A stretch of DNA of 49,109 bases from Ferruginibacter sp. (GTDB taxonomy: Bacteria; Bacteroidota; Bacteroidia; Chitinophagales; Chitinophagaceae): positions 1-49,109 of the forward strand of contig JANMFB010000277.1 in NCBI GenBank assembly GCA_031377605.1, in the 5' to 3' direction. Shown here piece after piece: positions 29,103 to 40,180 of this stretch. How positions within the stretch are numbered: position 1 is the stretch's first letter; every line of letters begins with the position of its first letter. The notes beneath the pieces were generated by a model. The model was not told the DNA's origin. It did no database searches and saw only the letters and a program-made list of their open reading frames with translations. The position numbers were made by a program, and so were the translations under genes.

Positions 29103-32100
29103 TTAAAATGTAGCTGTTATGTTAAAACCAATAGTCCTTGTAGGAGGGTTAATTTGTGATGTACTAACACCATTGGCATTACCCGTAGTGAAGTTGAAGT
29201 CAGGGTCTGTATATTGATTTGATTTAGGAAGAAATAAAAATAAATTTCTTGCATTAATTGTGAAACTTAAATCTTTAATAACTTTTTGACCTGCTAAAAC
29301 TTGCTCAGGAAAACGGTATCCTAAAGAAACTTCTCTAATTCTAAATGATGCAGCGCTAGTGATAAAGTTAGAGGATGCATCTCTATAAACTCCCGTAAAA
29401 TAACTTTCAACATCATTTACCTGTATGTTTGTGTTTGGTACAAACTTAGTGCCATCATTGTAAACAGAATTAGGGTAAACGAAGCGCTCACGTCCATTCT
29501 GTGCAGTTGCAGCAGAAACACCCGTCCAAGCCATTTCATTTCCAATTCTATTGTATGCAATATGACCTGTTTTAAATTCGGTTACAACAGCTAAACGTAT
29601 ATTCTTATAAGACAGTGTAGGGTTGAAACCTGCAGTCCATAAAGGTAAAGTACGTCCAAATTGCTTTAGTGTAGGATTCACTGTAGGCAAACCTGTTGTT
29701 GCACTTACAATTACCTTTCCATCGGCTGTACGGTTATAATCATTAGCTAACAATACGAACGCTGGTTGTCCTACAAAAGCAAAGTTACTTGCAGTAGCAA
29801 AACCACCTATATTTAATCTGTCAAAACCATCTAAGATTCTTTCAACTTCACTGGTATTTCTACTAGCATTCAAATTTAAATCTAAATTAAATTTCCCTAA
29901 TTTGAAAAGCGGAGTAAGTTTTAGATCAAACTCAACACCTTTATTTTTAAAAGCTGCAGCATTACGGAAACTTGATGTAAAACCAGTAGTTGGAGAAACA
30001 CCAACACTAATTACTTGGTCTGTGTTGTCTTGTACATATGTACTTACCTCAATATTTACCCTGTTTTTAAATAACCCTATTTCAACACCAATATCATTAC
30101 TACGAATAATTTCAGGGCGTAACAAAGGATCTAAACTTGTATTACCTGTGGTAAAACCTGGTACATTGTAAGGAAAACCTGATGTTGTACCTGAGAAAAC
30201 GTTACTTAATCTGTAAGGAGCTAAATCAGAATTCGCAGATCTGTTTGTAGATCCCTTAAATTTCAAAAACGAGATAAAAGTATTGTTGTTTTGTAGCGCA
30301 GGAATCGCATCTGACGCTACGAAAGAAAGAGAAGCTCCAGGGTAAAAAATACTTCTGTTTTCAGGTGCATATACAGATGTCCATTCATTTCTTAAAGTTC
30401 CTTCCAAGTTTAACCAACCTTTGTAACTTAGATTTGCTTGACCAAACACCGCTGTTAATCTATCTTTTGAAAAAAAGCTATTCCCAGATGGATTACCTGC
30501 ACCATTACTTAAATTAAATAATCCAGGTGCCACAAGGTTAACTGTAGTAGCGTTTAAAATCTGTCTCTCTCTTTCTCTGAAAGAAGTTCCCGCCACAACA
30601 TTAAGTTTGAAATTTCCAAACTTTTTATCATAATTGGTACTAAGCTCTGTAAACAAATTACTTTGTCTATCAAATCCTTCGTTATAATTGCTTGGTACAG
30701 TATTATTAGTATTAGGTGCAGGTGTTTTCACTTCAAAACCTTTTGAAGTGCTTCTTGTGTTAAGATTTTTGATATTAGCTGCAACACGTAAAGTGAATTG
30801 AAGATTGCTAGCAGCTTTGTAAACAAAATCTGTATTGGCAATAATGTTATCAGTTCTTCTTTTCTGCCTCCAATTGTCTATTGCAAAATATGGGTTAAGT
30901 CCATAATGGTTATAGTAGTTATCAAATGTTGAGAATTTATCATTCAAATTTGAATAGCTCTTAAGAGGTATGTGTGCAGCAGTATTAAATACTAAGTTCA
31001 TTAAACCACTATTTAAACCAGCACCTACAACATTTGTTTGATAATCGGACATTGCATTATCATCAAAAACATTTACATTTTGTTGTACGTAGTTCATACC
31101 AACAGAAATCTTTAATTTCCCAATAGTTTTATCCGCATTTATACGAGCACTTATTCTTCTACTTTCATCATCGGGTACTATACCTTTTACTCTAGCATCT
31201 TGTACACTCAATAAAAAGTCTTTAGCTACTAATGAAACATCTGTTTGGTTGGTAATACCTGTATTAAAAAAGTTTTTTCTATCATTTGTAGGAGCATATT
31301 TCACATATTGCTGCGACCCATCTCTCAATGGAGAACCTTGTGTTCTAACGCTTCCATCATATCTATCTCCCCAACTCCAGTTTTCATAGTTTGTATAAGT
31401 TCCACCAAAGCCTTGCCCAAATTCAGTTTGCATAGCAGGAAAAAAAGATATTTGTGAAAACTGTGTTGTTCTTCCAATTGTTACAGTTGCTTTTTCGCCT
31501 TTTGAACCTCTTTTAGTTGTAACAATAAAAACACCATTTCTTGCAGCAGATCCATAAACACCTGCACCACCACTTCCTTTTATAATATTTACATCCGCGA
31601 TGTCTCTCGGATTTATGGTTGCTAGAAAACTAATATCAGTAATAACACCATCTAATAAAAGCATTGGATTATTATCTCCTGTAAGTGAACGAATACCACG
31701 TAATTGTATTTTCACTTCTTCTGTAACACCATTATTAACTGATGATATGTTTAAGCCTGATACTTTACCTTGTAAACCATTAACTAGGTTTACAGGTGCC
31801 GCCTGATTCAAAGCTACAGTACCAACTTTTGCAGTTGAATAACCTAGTTGCTTTGCTTGACGAACACTACCCAAAACACCTGTTACTACAACATTTTCTA
31901 AATTCACCTCTGTTTTTTTCAAATCTACTTGAAATCTCGCCCCAGTAATGTATTCGATTGTTTTTGACTCAAAACCACTTGAAGAAACGGTAATTTGCCC
32001 TCTCTCTGAGGTGGTTTTTACTTTGAATGATCCATCGGCATCGGCATTATCGCCTGTTTTGGTACCAACAATTTTGATTGTAGCAAACGGAACGGCAGCG

Positions 32101-32201
32101 CCATTACCATCTGTAACAAAACCCGAAATGGTACGGTTTTGTGAGAATGCTAGCACTCCGCTAAGCATAAACACTACAAATAGTGATAAGATTTTTGTCA
32201 T
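29103..32201 (-). CDS. SusC/RagA family TonB-linked outer membrane protein
   Basis: LQGKVSGL, IQLRGIRSL, YGSAARNGV..VTTKRG and FYPGASLSF motifs; C-terminal Phe; 1032 aa. Confidence 0.95.
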   Translation of the reverse strand: MTKILSLFVVFMLSGVLAFSQNRTISGFVTDGNGAAVPFATIKIVGTKTGDNADADGSFKVKTTSERGQITVSSSGFESKTIEYITGARFQVDLKKTEVNLENVVVTGVLGSVRQAKQLGYSTAKVGTVALNQAAPVNLVNGLQGKVSGLNISSVNNGVTEEVKIQLRGIRSLTGDNNPMLLLDGVITDISFLATINPRDIADVNIIKGSGGAGVYGSAARNGVFIVTTKRGSKGEKATVTIGRTTQFSQISFFPAMQTEFGQGFGGTYTNYENWSWGDRYDGSVRTQGSPLRDGSQQYVKYAPTNDRKNFFNTGITNQTDVSLVAKDFLLSVQDARVKGIVPDDESRRISARINADKTIGKLKISVGMNYVQQNVNVFDDNAMSDYQTNVVGAGLNSGLMNLVFNTAAHIPLKSYSNLNDKFSTFDNYYNHYGLNPYFAIDNWRQKRRTDNIIANTDFVYKAASNLQFTLRVAANIKNLNTRSTSKGFEVKTPAPNTNNTVPSNYNEGFDRQSNLFTELSTNYDKKFGNFKLNVVAGTSFRERERQILNATTVNLVAPGLFNLSNGAGNPSGNSFFSKDRLTAVFGQANLSYKGWLNLEGTLRNEWTSVYAPENRSIFYPGASLSFVASDAIPALQNNNTFISFLKFKGSTNRSANSDLAPYRLSNVFSGTTSGFPYNVPGFTTGNTSLDPLLRPEIIRSNDIGVEIGLFKNRVNIEVSTYVQDNTDQVISVGVSPTTGFTSSFRNAAAFKNKGVEFDLKLTPLFKLGKFNLDLNLNASRNTSEVERILDGFDRLNIGGFATASNFAFVGQPAFVLLANDYNRTADGKVIVSATTGLPTVNPTLKQFGRTLPLWTAGFNPTLSYKNIRLAVVTEFKTGHIAYNRIGNEMAWTGVSAATAQNGRERFVYPNSVYNDGTKFVPNTNIQVNDVESYFTGVYRDASSNFITSAASFRIREVSLGYRFPEQVLAGQKVIKDLSFTINARNLFLFLPKSNQYTDPDFNFTTGNANGVSTSQINPPTRTIGFNITATF

Positions 32202-32345
32202 GAGTTAAGAATTAATAATTAATGAAACGTAAAAATAAGGATAATTTTTTTAACATAAAATTTTTGTTAAATTAATTTTTTGTTTACCCTAGTATGATAA
32301 TGACATTCTATTATATGCTTACGCTGCATAAAACTAAAAAAAAAG

Positions 32346-34427
32346 TTAAAACCTATATAAAAATTGTAACTTAACATCCGTTCTTTGTTTACCTGCAATT
32401 TCGTCAAGTCCTGACCCTACAGACGCTCTTTCGGGGTAAAAGTATTGGGCTATCCTACCCCAAACAGTCAATTTTTTAGTAATATCATAATTTACATTGA
32501 GGTAATAACGGTAACCCTTTTCATAAAAAACCGGAATGGAAAAACTATATAATACATCATTCTCAAATGCATAAAGCCTACTGTTGTAGCTATCTGTCTC
32601 AAAATATTGTAGGCGAATGTTTGCCGAAAACGGTTTCATCATTGGTTTAAAAATAAGATCTGCATACATTAGAAATCCGGTTTCAGGGGCATCAGATTTT
32701 TTATCGAACCATAAAGCCTCTACCCTGCTCCGAAAAGTTATTATTGGGTTTATTTTATAGGAAAATTGAGTACGCCAATTTTGCTTAGGTCTTGGTATTA
32801 CCGGACTTAGCGTCAATTCTTTGGGATTGTAATTGATAGATTTGGTTTCAGCTCTAAATCTTGTATAAATTTCAAAAATCTTATTTGGTTTGTATGTTAT
32901 TTGAAATAGATAATCTGCACCTGCCATAGGTGCATTTATTCTATATTTTAGCCATGGAAACTTGTAAAAATCCGCATAGGCATCTACCCGCCACTCATTA
33001 TTAGGCTTTATTGATATGCCAGTAAATAAGCCCTTTTCATTTGAAGGGGTAGAACTTTCTGTAAAAGCATTTGTATAAAGTGATTGATAGCCCTTTGATA
33101 TATTCCTATAAACCAAACTCATATCTACATTATTTGCCACACTGATGAGTAACCCGTTTATTGTTGCATGATATTTTTTATCGTTGATAGCAAATTCACC
33201 AAAAAAATGAAAATTTTTGTGGGTATAGCTGTAATCTGTACTATAATTCCCAAAACTTTTGCCCGCTAAGGCAAATAAGTTGTATGGTTCTGCAGATTTT
33301 AACAAGGGGTATTTGAAGTTATATTGAACTGCATTTAAACCAACATGAAAACTTTTCATTTTATAGGTAACATTTCCACCAAAAGCAATTTGCGTTTGTA
33401 CCCCTTTATCTGCCACCTCGGATTTTGTCCTGTGAAAGCCAGAAGTTTGGAGTGAGGTAACAAAATCATCTTGTGATTGTAAAGTATCTATTCCCAAATC
33501 GAAATTTGCATCTATTTTTTTATAGGAGCCAAAAAGAGTTGTCTCAATATTTTTCTTTTTTACAGTGATACCAACACCTCTATGAAAAAATATTTCGCCT
33601 GCGGAATTATATGGTCTAAGCACATCTGCTTCTCTTTTTATTGCGAAAACATCAGGCCCTTTTTTAAATGCCAGGCTCATCCAAGATGTGAGCCCTTGCC
33701 CAAGATTTACAGTATAATCTCCAATAGCCAAAGATTTTATTACTCCTATATTTTTTGCGAATAAGTGTGCGGAATAAAAATCGAAACCTTGCTTTTGATT
33801 ACCCTTAAAAAGTTGCTCCCCAGCATCTTTTTCTCCTACAAAACCATACTGTAGTAAATTTTTATAATTATATCTGTAACGAACAAATAATTTCTGTTGA
33901 GAACCGGGGTAATAATTTTTACCAGCAGCAGGGTCAATTAAATAGCCTTTAGCATTTTCAAGTATTTGACTTGCCCTTATTAAAATAGTATGTTCACCTT
34001 TCTTTAATCTATCTTTAATAGAGCTAACAATGTTGACATTGGTATTTACAGTAACGTAAGGCCTTATTTTTTGAATAATAGCTAAGCTAAAGCTAGGCAC
34101 AGCCTGCAATTCATAGATATTTAAAAGCTTACCAAGGTAATTTCTATATTGGATGAAATTTTTTATTTGTATAGGCGAAAGCAAATGAAGTTGTTGTAAA
34201 TCTTCTTCTCTTGCATAATTTAAATTGATGGGATTTTTTTGATATTCCGTTAACTGTTGTATGTATGTATCATCTTCCGTTTCTGCATCTTCCCCATTTT
34301 CTGTTATATTCTCCAATTGTTGTTCCGTATTGGTATTGGTCTGCTCCTGCTGTCTTTCGGGCTGCTGTGCAAATGATTTGGCAAACAATATTAAACAGCA
34401 AAAAGTGATTGCAATTAATTTCATCAT
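32346..34427 (-). CDS. Helix-hairpin-helix (ComEA-like) domain outer-membrane protein
   Basis: Signal peptide, PINLNYAREEDLQQL...IYELQAVP HhH region and a beta-rich C-terminal domain ending in Phe. Confidence 0.75.
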   Translation of the reverse strand: MMKLIAITFCCLILFAKSFAQQPERQQEQTNTNTEQQLENITENGEDAETEDDTYIQQLTEYQKNPINLNYAREEDLQQLHLLSPIQIKNFIQYRNYLGKLLNIYELQAVPSFSLAIIQKIRPYVTVNTNVNIVSSIKDRLKKGEHTILIRASQILENAKGYLIDPAAGKNYYPGSQQKLFVRYRYNYKNLLQYGFVGEKDAGEQLFKGNQKQGFDFYSAHLFAKNIGVIKSLAIGDYTVNLGQGLTSWMSLAFKKGPDVFAIKREADVLRPYNSAGEIFFHRGVGITVKKKNIETTLFGSYKKIDANFDLGIDTLQSQDDFVTSLQTSGFHRTKSEVADKGVQTQIAFGGNVTYKMKSFHVGLNAVQYNFKYPLLKSAEPYNLFALAGKSFGNYSTDYSYTHKNFHFFGEFAINDKKYHATINGLLISVANNVDMSLVYRNISKGYQSLYTNAFTESSTPSNEKGLFTGISIKPNNEWRVDAYADFYKFPWLKYRINAPMAGADYLFQITYKPNKIFEIYTRFRAETKSINYNPKELTLSPVIPRPKQNWRTQFSYKINPIITFRSRVEALWFDKKSDAPETGFLMYADLIFKPMMKPFSANIRLQYFETDSYNSRLYAFENDVLYSFSIPVFYEKGYRYYLNVNYDITKKLTVWGRIAQYFYPERASVGSGLDEIAGKQRTDVKLQFLYRF

Positions 34428-35269
34428 TACAAGTCTTTAAAGTTGTATATCAATAAAAGTCCTGGCGATACCCCAAGTTGGGGGTGAAAACTAGAAGCAA
34501 TATCAATCCGTAATTTTTTGTACAAAAAGCCTGCCCCTGCAAACCCTGTACTGTTATCACTTCTAAGACCCGCTCTTACAAAAAATTGTTTTTTAAATTG
34601 ATATTGTACACTGCTCGTAACATTTAATGGTTGATTTTCTTCCTTCACTATCTCTGAGCTTATATAAAAGTTTTCTGAGGCATCGTACCCAATCCCTAGT
34701 TTATATGCAGATGCTAGTTTCTCATCGCCAGTTTTGCCAAGCTTTGCACTTACAGGGTTGTATACATGCACCCCGGCATTAAACTTTTCGGAAATATGAA
34801 AAATTGCTCCAGCCTCAAAATTTACTGTAGATGCGTTGTTGTATGCTGGAACATTGTAGCCATAATAATTAAATTGAACACCAATATCTATTTTGCTACC
34901 AAGCGATCTAGCGTAGGCTAACCCTGCTTTTTGTTCATTAAAATTCGCAAACCCTGCATAATTAACCTGAACACCAAAATTTCCTTTCTTAGTGGGAATA
35001 GCTGCACTAATACCATAAACATTATTCTCTGCTAATAAAAATCTTCGCTCACCATAAACACCTACTCCTCCCACTTTTACTTGCGCCAATGCAGCTTGGT
35101 TTCCTATAAAACTAAAAGGGTCTATTTGTTTTGTAGTATATGCTCCCAAACCAATATAAGGCATGGCTATATTATACCTAAGAGATTGAGCGTAGATCTT
35201 ATTAACAAAACATATAAATAAGCAAAAAGTAAGTTTGGGAATTAGCTTTGTTTTCAAACTGTTAAGCAT
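34427..35269 (-). CDS. Hypothetical outer-membrane beta-barrel protein
   Basis: Signal peptide, NQAALA motif, amphipathic strands and HPQLGVS; translationally coupled to the HhH gene. Confidence 0.6.
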   Translation of the reverse strand: MLNSLKTKLIPKLTFCLFICFVNKIYAQSLRYNIAMPYIGLGAYTTKQIDPFSFIGNQAALAQVKVGGVGVYGERRFLLAENNVYGISAAIPTKKGNFGVQVNYAGFANFNEQKAGLAYARSLGSKIDIGVQFNYYGYNVPAYNNASTVNFEAGAIFHISEKFNAGVHVYNPVSAKLGKTGDEKLASAYKLGIGYDASENFYISSEIVKEENQPLNVTSSVQYQFKKQFFVRAGLRSDNSTGFAGAGFLYKKLRIDIASSFHPQLGVSPGLLLIYNFKDL

Positions 35270-35416
35270 TAAAATTTAAAACAAATTAAGTAAATTAATT
35301 AAAAGAATAAAGTATAAGGGTTAAATTATGTGCTATGAATTAAGCTATCTTAATTCAACCAATCAAAAAAGCAATGGCAATTGTTTTAAGTGAAGATTGT
35401 TTGATACTTTTGCGCC

Positions 35417-36292
35417 ATGCAAATATTAGATGGAAAAATAGTTTCAGAATCAGTAAAAATCTCCATTAAAGACCGTACTCATCTTTATAAAACAACTACG
35501 GGAATAACACCACACCTGGTAGCGGTTTTAATTGGGAATAATGGCGCAAGTGAAACATATGTTGCTAGTAAAATAAGAAATTGTGCTGATGTGGGTTTTA
35601 AAAGTTCCCTTATTCGTTTTAATACGGATGTTACAGAAAAAGAAATCACAGATTGTATTATTAAATTAAACGAAGATGATGATGTACATGGCATTCTTGT
35701 TCAGCTTCCTTTGCCAAAACACTTTAATGAATCGTTGATTATAGATTTAATAAATCCAATAAAAGACGTAGATGGCTTTCATCCCATAAGTGTAGGAAAA
35801 ATGGTACAAGGTTTGGACAGCTTTGTACCTGCAACACCGCTTGGCATAATGTTGATGCTTAAATATTACAACATAGAAACTTCCGGTAAAAACGCAGTAG
35901 TAATAGGCAGAAGCAATATCGTAGGGAGGCCAATGAGTATTTTGCTAAGTCAAAATACAAATCCTGGAAATTGTACTGTAACACTTTGTCACAGTCGCAC
36001 AAAAGATTTGGAAAAAATTTGTAAAGAAGCAGATATCATTGTAGCAGCACTAGGCATACCAGGTTTTCTTACTGCTGATATGGTAAAAGATGGTGCCGTT
36101 GTAATAGATGTTGGTATAACAAGGGTTGCAGACCCTGCAAAAAAATCTGGCTTTGCGATAAAAGGCGATGTAGATTTTGAAAATGTAGCGCCAAAATGTG
36201 CTTATATAACGCCTGTACCTGGTGGTGTAGGATTAATGACGATTGCAGCGCTTCTGGAAAATACACTAAAGGCGGCGGGATTTAAGGGTTGA
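35417..36292 (+). CDS. folD: Bifunctional methylenetetrahydrofolate dehydrogenase/cyclohydrolase
   Basis: LDGK, GILVQLPLP, KDVDGFHP, GRSNIVGRP and TPVPGGVG motifs. Confidence 0.97.
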   Translation: MQILDGKIVSESVKISIKDRTHLYKTTTGITPHLVAVLIGNNGASETYVASKIRNCADVGFKSSLIRFNTDVTEKEITDCIIKLNEDDDVHGILVQLPLPKHFNESLIIDLINPIKDVDGFHPISVGKMVQGLDSFVPATPLGIMLMLKYYNIETSGKNAVVIGRSNIVGRPMSILLSQNTNPGNCTVTLCHSRTKDLEKICKEADIIVAALGIPGFLTADMVKDGAVVIDVGITRVADPAKKSGFAIKGDVDFENVAPKCAYITPVPGGVGLMTIAALLENTLKAAGFKG

Positions 36293-36347
36293 AGATGGTT
36301 GAAGGGTTGAACATAGTTGAAGGTGGTTTAAGGGTTTAGGAGTTTAG
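36286..36347. repeat. Degenerate GGTTGAAG-type tandem array overlapping the folD stop
   Basis: GGGTTGAAGATGGTTGAAGGGTTGAACATAGTTGAAGGTGGTTTAAGGGTTTAGGAGTTTAG, with an 8-10 nt period. Confidence 0.75.
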
Positions 36348-36452
36348 TAGGGCTAATACATATTTTGGAAATTTTAAAATATTTCTTGTTTTTGGAAATA
36401 AAATTTGAGTGATTTTTATTTTTGAAAAATTCACTCACAAAAAAAGATTAGT

Positions 36453-37049
36453 ATGAGTTTACCCATAATGGAACATTTTTACACAATCCAAGGGGAAGGT
36501 TTTCACCAAGGCAGGGCGGCATATTTTATTCGCCTTGGAGGTTGCGATGTAGGTTGTGTATGGTGTGATGTAAAAGACAGCTGGGATGCAAGTAAACATC
36601 CTCTACAATCAGTAGCATTTTTATTGAGTGAAGTGCAAAAAACTGCCTCCAAACTAGTCGTAATCACAGGTGGTGAACCACTGATGCATCCATTGGATGA
36701 GCTTACAAAAACTTTGCAAGATGCAGGGCTGGAAACAAATATAGAAACATCAGGTTCTTCTCCACTCTCCGGCTCATGGGATTGGATTTGTTTATCTCCC
36801 AAAAAATTTAAAGCGCCTTTACCAGAAGTTGTGCACTATGCAAACGAACTAAAAATTGTTGTATTTAACAAGAGTGATTTCAAATGGGCAGAAGAATATG
36901 CATCTCAGGTATCTTCTACTTGTAAATTATACTTGCAACCAGAATGGAGTAAGGAAAAAGAAATCATACCTATGATAGTTGAATACATCAAAGAAAATCC
37001 GAAATGGGAAATGAGTTTGCAGTTGCATAAATACATAAATGTTCCATAG
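36453..37049 (+). CDS. queE: 7-carboxy-7-deazaguanine synthase (radical SAM)
   Basis: FYTIQGEG, CxxxCxxC (GCDVGCVWCD), ITGGEP and LQLHK motifs. Confidence 0.93.
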   Translation: MSLPIMEHFYTIQGEGFHQGRAAYFIRLGGCDVGCVWCDVKDSWDASKHPLQSVAFLLSEVQKTASKLVVITGGEPLMHPLDELTKTLQDAGLETNIETSGSSPLSGSWDWICLSPKKFKAPLPEVVHYANELKIVVFNKSDFKWAEEYASQVSSTCKLYLQPEWSKEKEIIPMIVEYIKENPKWEMSLQLHKYINVP

Positions 37050-37136
37050 TTTATTTCACAATTAATTTACAATTCTAGTCTAAGTTTTGGCGTAATAATT
37101 TTATAAAAGTTATCTTCATAAAAATAATTTTAGAAG

Positions 37137-39056
37137 ATGATGAAACGATTGGCTATTAATTTTTGTTCAGTATTTTTTTTAGTTGTTGGTGATGCAAAAG
37201 CTCAATGGTATAACCCAGAAAAAATTAATAAAAAAGCAGTTGTCTTTTTTGAAAAAGCTTACGCTGATACTAAAGATGGGAAGTATGGAAATGCAATTTC
37301 AAATTTAACAGAAGCGTTAAAAATAGATCCAAATTATCTCGATGCTATTCTTGCACGTGCAGGAATTAATGCAGCTTCAAAAAAATACGCTCAAGCTTTG
37401 AACGATTATTCTTTATTCTTCTCTAAAGATTCAATCTATGCAAAAGAATACTTATCCGAATATGCCAACGCTTATGCTGGTTCAGGAAATTTTGATAAAG
37501 CTCTGGAAAAAATTAATCTCCTCTTAGCCACACCAAATTTATCTGAACAAAAGAAAAATTTATTTCAAAAGAAAAAGGACAGTTATGAATTTGCATTACA
37601 ATATGCAAAAAACCATCCTTCAAACGGATATATTTTTAACCCCATCAATATGGGCGATAGCATTAATTCTGATGCATTAGAATACCTTCCTTCAATAACA
37701 GTTGATGGAAATAAAATGGTTTTTAATAAACGTATAAACGGAGATGAAGACTTTTATGAAAGCATCAAAATAAACGGGGTTTGGCAAGGAGCTAAAATGC
37801 TGCCTGGCAAAATAAATACCAACTTAAATGAAGGGGCACAAAACATTTCGCAAGATGGGCAAGTATTAATTTTTACAGGTTGTAATTATCCAGAAGGATT
37901 GGGAAGTTGCGATTTGTATATTTCTTTTAAAGACAACAATGGTTTTTGGAGTGAGGCGACCAATATGGGTCCATTAATAAATACGGATGCTTGGGAAACA
38001 TCTCCATCTCTTTCGCCAGATAAAAGAGATCTATATTTTGCGAGTACTAGACCCGGTGGTTTTGGCGGGTCTGATATTTGGGTAAGTCATTTTGTAAACA
38101 ACAAATGGCAAAAACCTGAAAATTTGGGGGCTACAATTAATACCTCAGGAGATGAAAGCTGCCCATTCATCCATGCAGATAATCTCACACTTTATTTTAA
38201 TAGTAATGGGCATCAAGGTTATGGATTAAATGATTTATATGTAGCCAGAAGAAAAGAAAATTCTACTTGGCAAACACCTGAAAACTTAGGTTTTCCGATA
38301 AATACAATAGACGATGAAGGTTCGCTGATTGTGGCAGCAGATGGCAAAACAGCCTACTACGCAAGTGATAAAGGAGATGCTAAAAATAAAATTGATTTGT
38401 ACAGTTTCGAATTAAGAGATGATACAAAAGCAACAAAAACACTTTGGGTAAGAGGGAAAATATTTGATAAAAAAACAAACAAAGGCTTACCGGCTGAAGT
38501 AGAACTCACAACAATAGATAGCGGTTTTGTTATATCAAAATTACAGACCGATGCAGAGGGGAATTATCTTGTCACTTTACCAATTGGAAAAAATTATGCT
38601 TTTGATGTAAATAAAAAGGGATATCTATTTTATTCTGAAAGCTTTTCTCTAAAAGAAAAAAATTTAGACTCGCCTTTAGTTATTAATATCTCATTGCAGC
38701 CACTAGAAAAAGGTGCAGCCATCGTTCTTAAAAATATTTTCTTTGATAGCAAAAAAGCAGACTTGCAAAAAACATCATTTATAGAGCTAGATAGAGTTGT
38801 AAAGATAATGATGGAGAACTCCAATATGGTAATAGAAATAAGTGGACATACAGATAATGTAGGCCAGGCAAAAGATAATTTATTGTTGAGTAATAATAGA
38901 GCAAAGGCTGTTACCAATTATTTATTACAAAAAGGTATTGCCGCTAAAAGGCTTGTTGCAAAAGGCTTTGGTAGCACTAAACCAATAGAAAATAATAATT
39001 CGGAAATTGGCAGAGCCAAAAATAGAAGAACAGAACTTGCCATAATTTCAAATTGA
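37137..39056 (+). CDS. TPR + PD40 beta-propeller + OmpA domain protein (PorE-like)
   Basis: TPRs, PD40 repeats (FASTRPGGFGGSDIW) and OmpA_C motifs GHTDNVG, LSNNRA and NRRTE. Confidence 0.88.
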   Translation: MMKRLAINFCSVFFLVVGDAKAQWYNPEKINKKAVVFFEKAYADTKDGKYGNAISNLTEALKIDPNYLDAILARAGINAASKKYAQALNDYSLFFSKDSIYAKEYLSEYANAYAGSGNFDKALEKINLLLATPNLSEQKKNLFQKKKDSYEFALQYAKNHPSNGYIFNPINMGDSINSDALEYLPSITVDGNKMVFNKRINGDEDFYESIKINGVWQGAKMLPGKINTNLNEGAQNISQDGQVLIFTGCNYPEGLGSCDLYISFKDNNGFWSEATNMGPLINTDAWETSPSLSPDKRDLYFASTRPGGFGGSDIWVSHFVNNKWQKPENLGATINTSGDESCPFIHADNLTLYFNSNGHQGYGLNDLYVARRKENSTWQTPENLGFPINTIDDEGSLIVAADGKTAYYASDKGDAKNKIDLYSFELRDDTKATKTLWVRGKIFDKKTNKGLPAEVELTTIDSGFVISKLQTDAEGNYLVTLPIGKNYAFDVNKKGYLFYSESFSLKEKNLDSPLVINISLQPLEKGAAIVLKNIFFDSKKADLQKTSFIELDRVVKIMMENSNMVIEISGHTDNVGQAKDNLLLSNNRAKAVTNYLLQKGIAAKRLVAKGFGSTKPIENNNSEIGRAKNRRTELAIISN

Positions 39057-39081
39057 TTTTTGTATTATTGCTTTTACATTT

Positions 39082-40179
39082 ATGAGCAAAGATTTACTTT
39101 ATCAAATAGCACTCACACTCGTACCTAATATTGGCGACGTACGTGCAAAAGCATTGGTAGAACATTTTGGTGATGCTGAAAAAATATTCAAGATTTCTAA
39201 AAGTAATTTAGAAAAAATAGAAGGTATTGGTACAATTGCAGCAAATTCAATAAAACATTTCAATGACTTTAAAATTTGTGAAAATGAAATTGCCTTTATA
39301 GAAAAAAATAAAATTTCACCTCTTTTTATTACAGATGACAACTATCCGCAGCGGTTATTAAACTGCTACGACAGTCCTACCATGCTATATTACAAAGGAA
39401 ATGCAGATTTAAATAATCCTAAAATTATTTCTGTTGTAGGCACAAGAAGTAATTCTGATTATGGTAAATCTGTTTGTGAAAAATTAATAGCAGACTTGGC
39501 CAGTGAAAATATTTTAGTACTTAGCGGCCTTGCATTTGGCATTGATAGTATAGCACACAAAGCTTCCTTAAAAAATAACATCAAAACAGTGGGCGTAATG
39601 GCACATGGGTTAGATAAAATTTATCCTGCTCAAAATAAATCTTTGGCAAAAGAAATGCTATCTCATGGAGGTTTACTTACAGATTTTATGAGTGGCACTA
39701 ATCCAGATAGGCAGAATTTTCCTCGTAGAAATAGAATTGTAGCAGGCATGTGTGATGCCCTTATTGTAATAGAAAGTAGCGCAAAAGGTGGTTCACTTAT
39801 TACAGCAGAACTTGCAAATAGTTACAACAAAGACGTATTTGCAATACCTGGCAGAGTAACTGATGCAAGGAGTGAAGGTTGCAATTATCTGATAAAAAAC
39901 AATAAATCACTGCTTATAACCAGTGCCGAAGATTTAATGGATATTATGAATTGGAAAGCGGCTCCAATAAAAATAAAGAAACAAAAAGAGCTTTTTATAG
40001 AACTTACAGCAGATGAAAAAGTAATCATATCTATTCTACAGTCACAGGAAAATATACAAATAGACCAATTGTATTTTAAAAGTGGTTTGAGTAGTAGTGC
40101 GGTGGCACAAGCATTATTGATGTTAGAAATGCAAGGGGTTGTAACGGCTTTACCCGGGAAGGTTTTTAAGATGAGCTGA
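39082..40179 (+). CDS. dprA: DNA-processing protein DprA
   Basis: VVGTR, SGLAFGID, FPRRNRIVAG, GGSLITA and VFAIPGR motifs with a C-terminal wHTH. Confidence 0.96.
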   Translation: MSKDLLYQIALTLVPNIGDVRAKALVEHFGDAEKIFKISKSNLEKIEGIGTIAANSIKHFNDFKICENEIAFIEKNKISPLFITDDNYPQRLLNCYDSPTMLYYKGNADLNNPKIISVVGTRSNSDYGKSVCEKLIADLASENILVLSGLAFGIDSIAHKASLKNNIKTVGVMAHGLDKIYPAQNKSLAKEMLSHGGLLTDFMSGTNPDRQNFPRRNRIVAGMCDALIVIESSAKGGSLITAELANSYNKDVFAIPGRVTDARSEGCNYLIKNNKSLLITSAEDLMDIMNWKAAPIKIKKQKELFIELTADEKVIISILQSQENIQIDQLYFKSGLSSSAVAQALLMLEMQGVVTALPGKVFKMS

Positions 40180-40180
40180 G

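Noticed and set aside
36293-36452. preQ1 riboswitch upstream of queE
   Set aside because: No recognisable preQ1 aptamer consensus; only a repeat array and an AT-rich inverted repeat.
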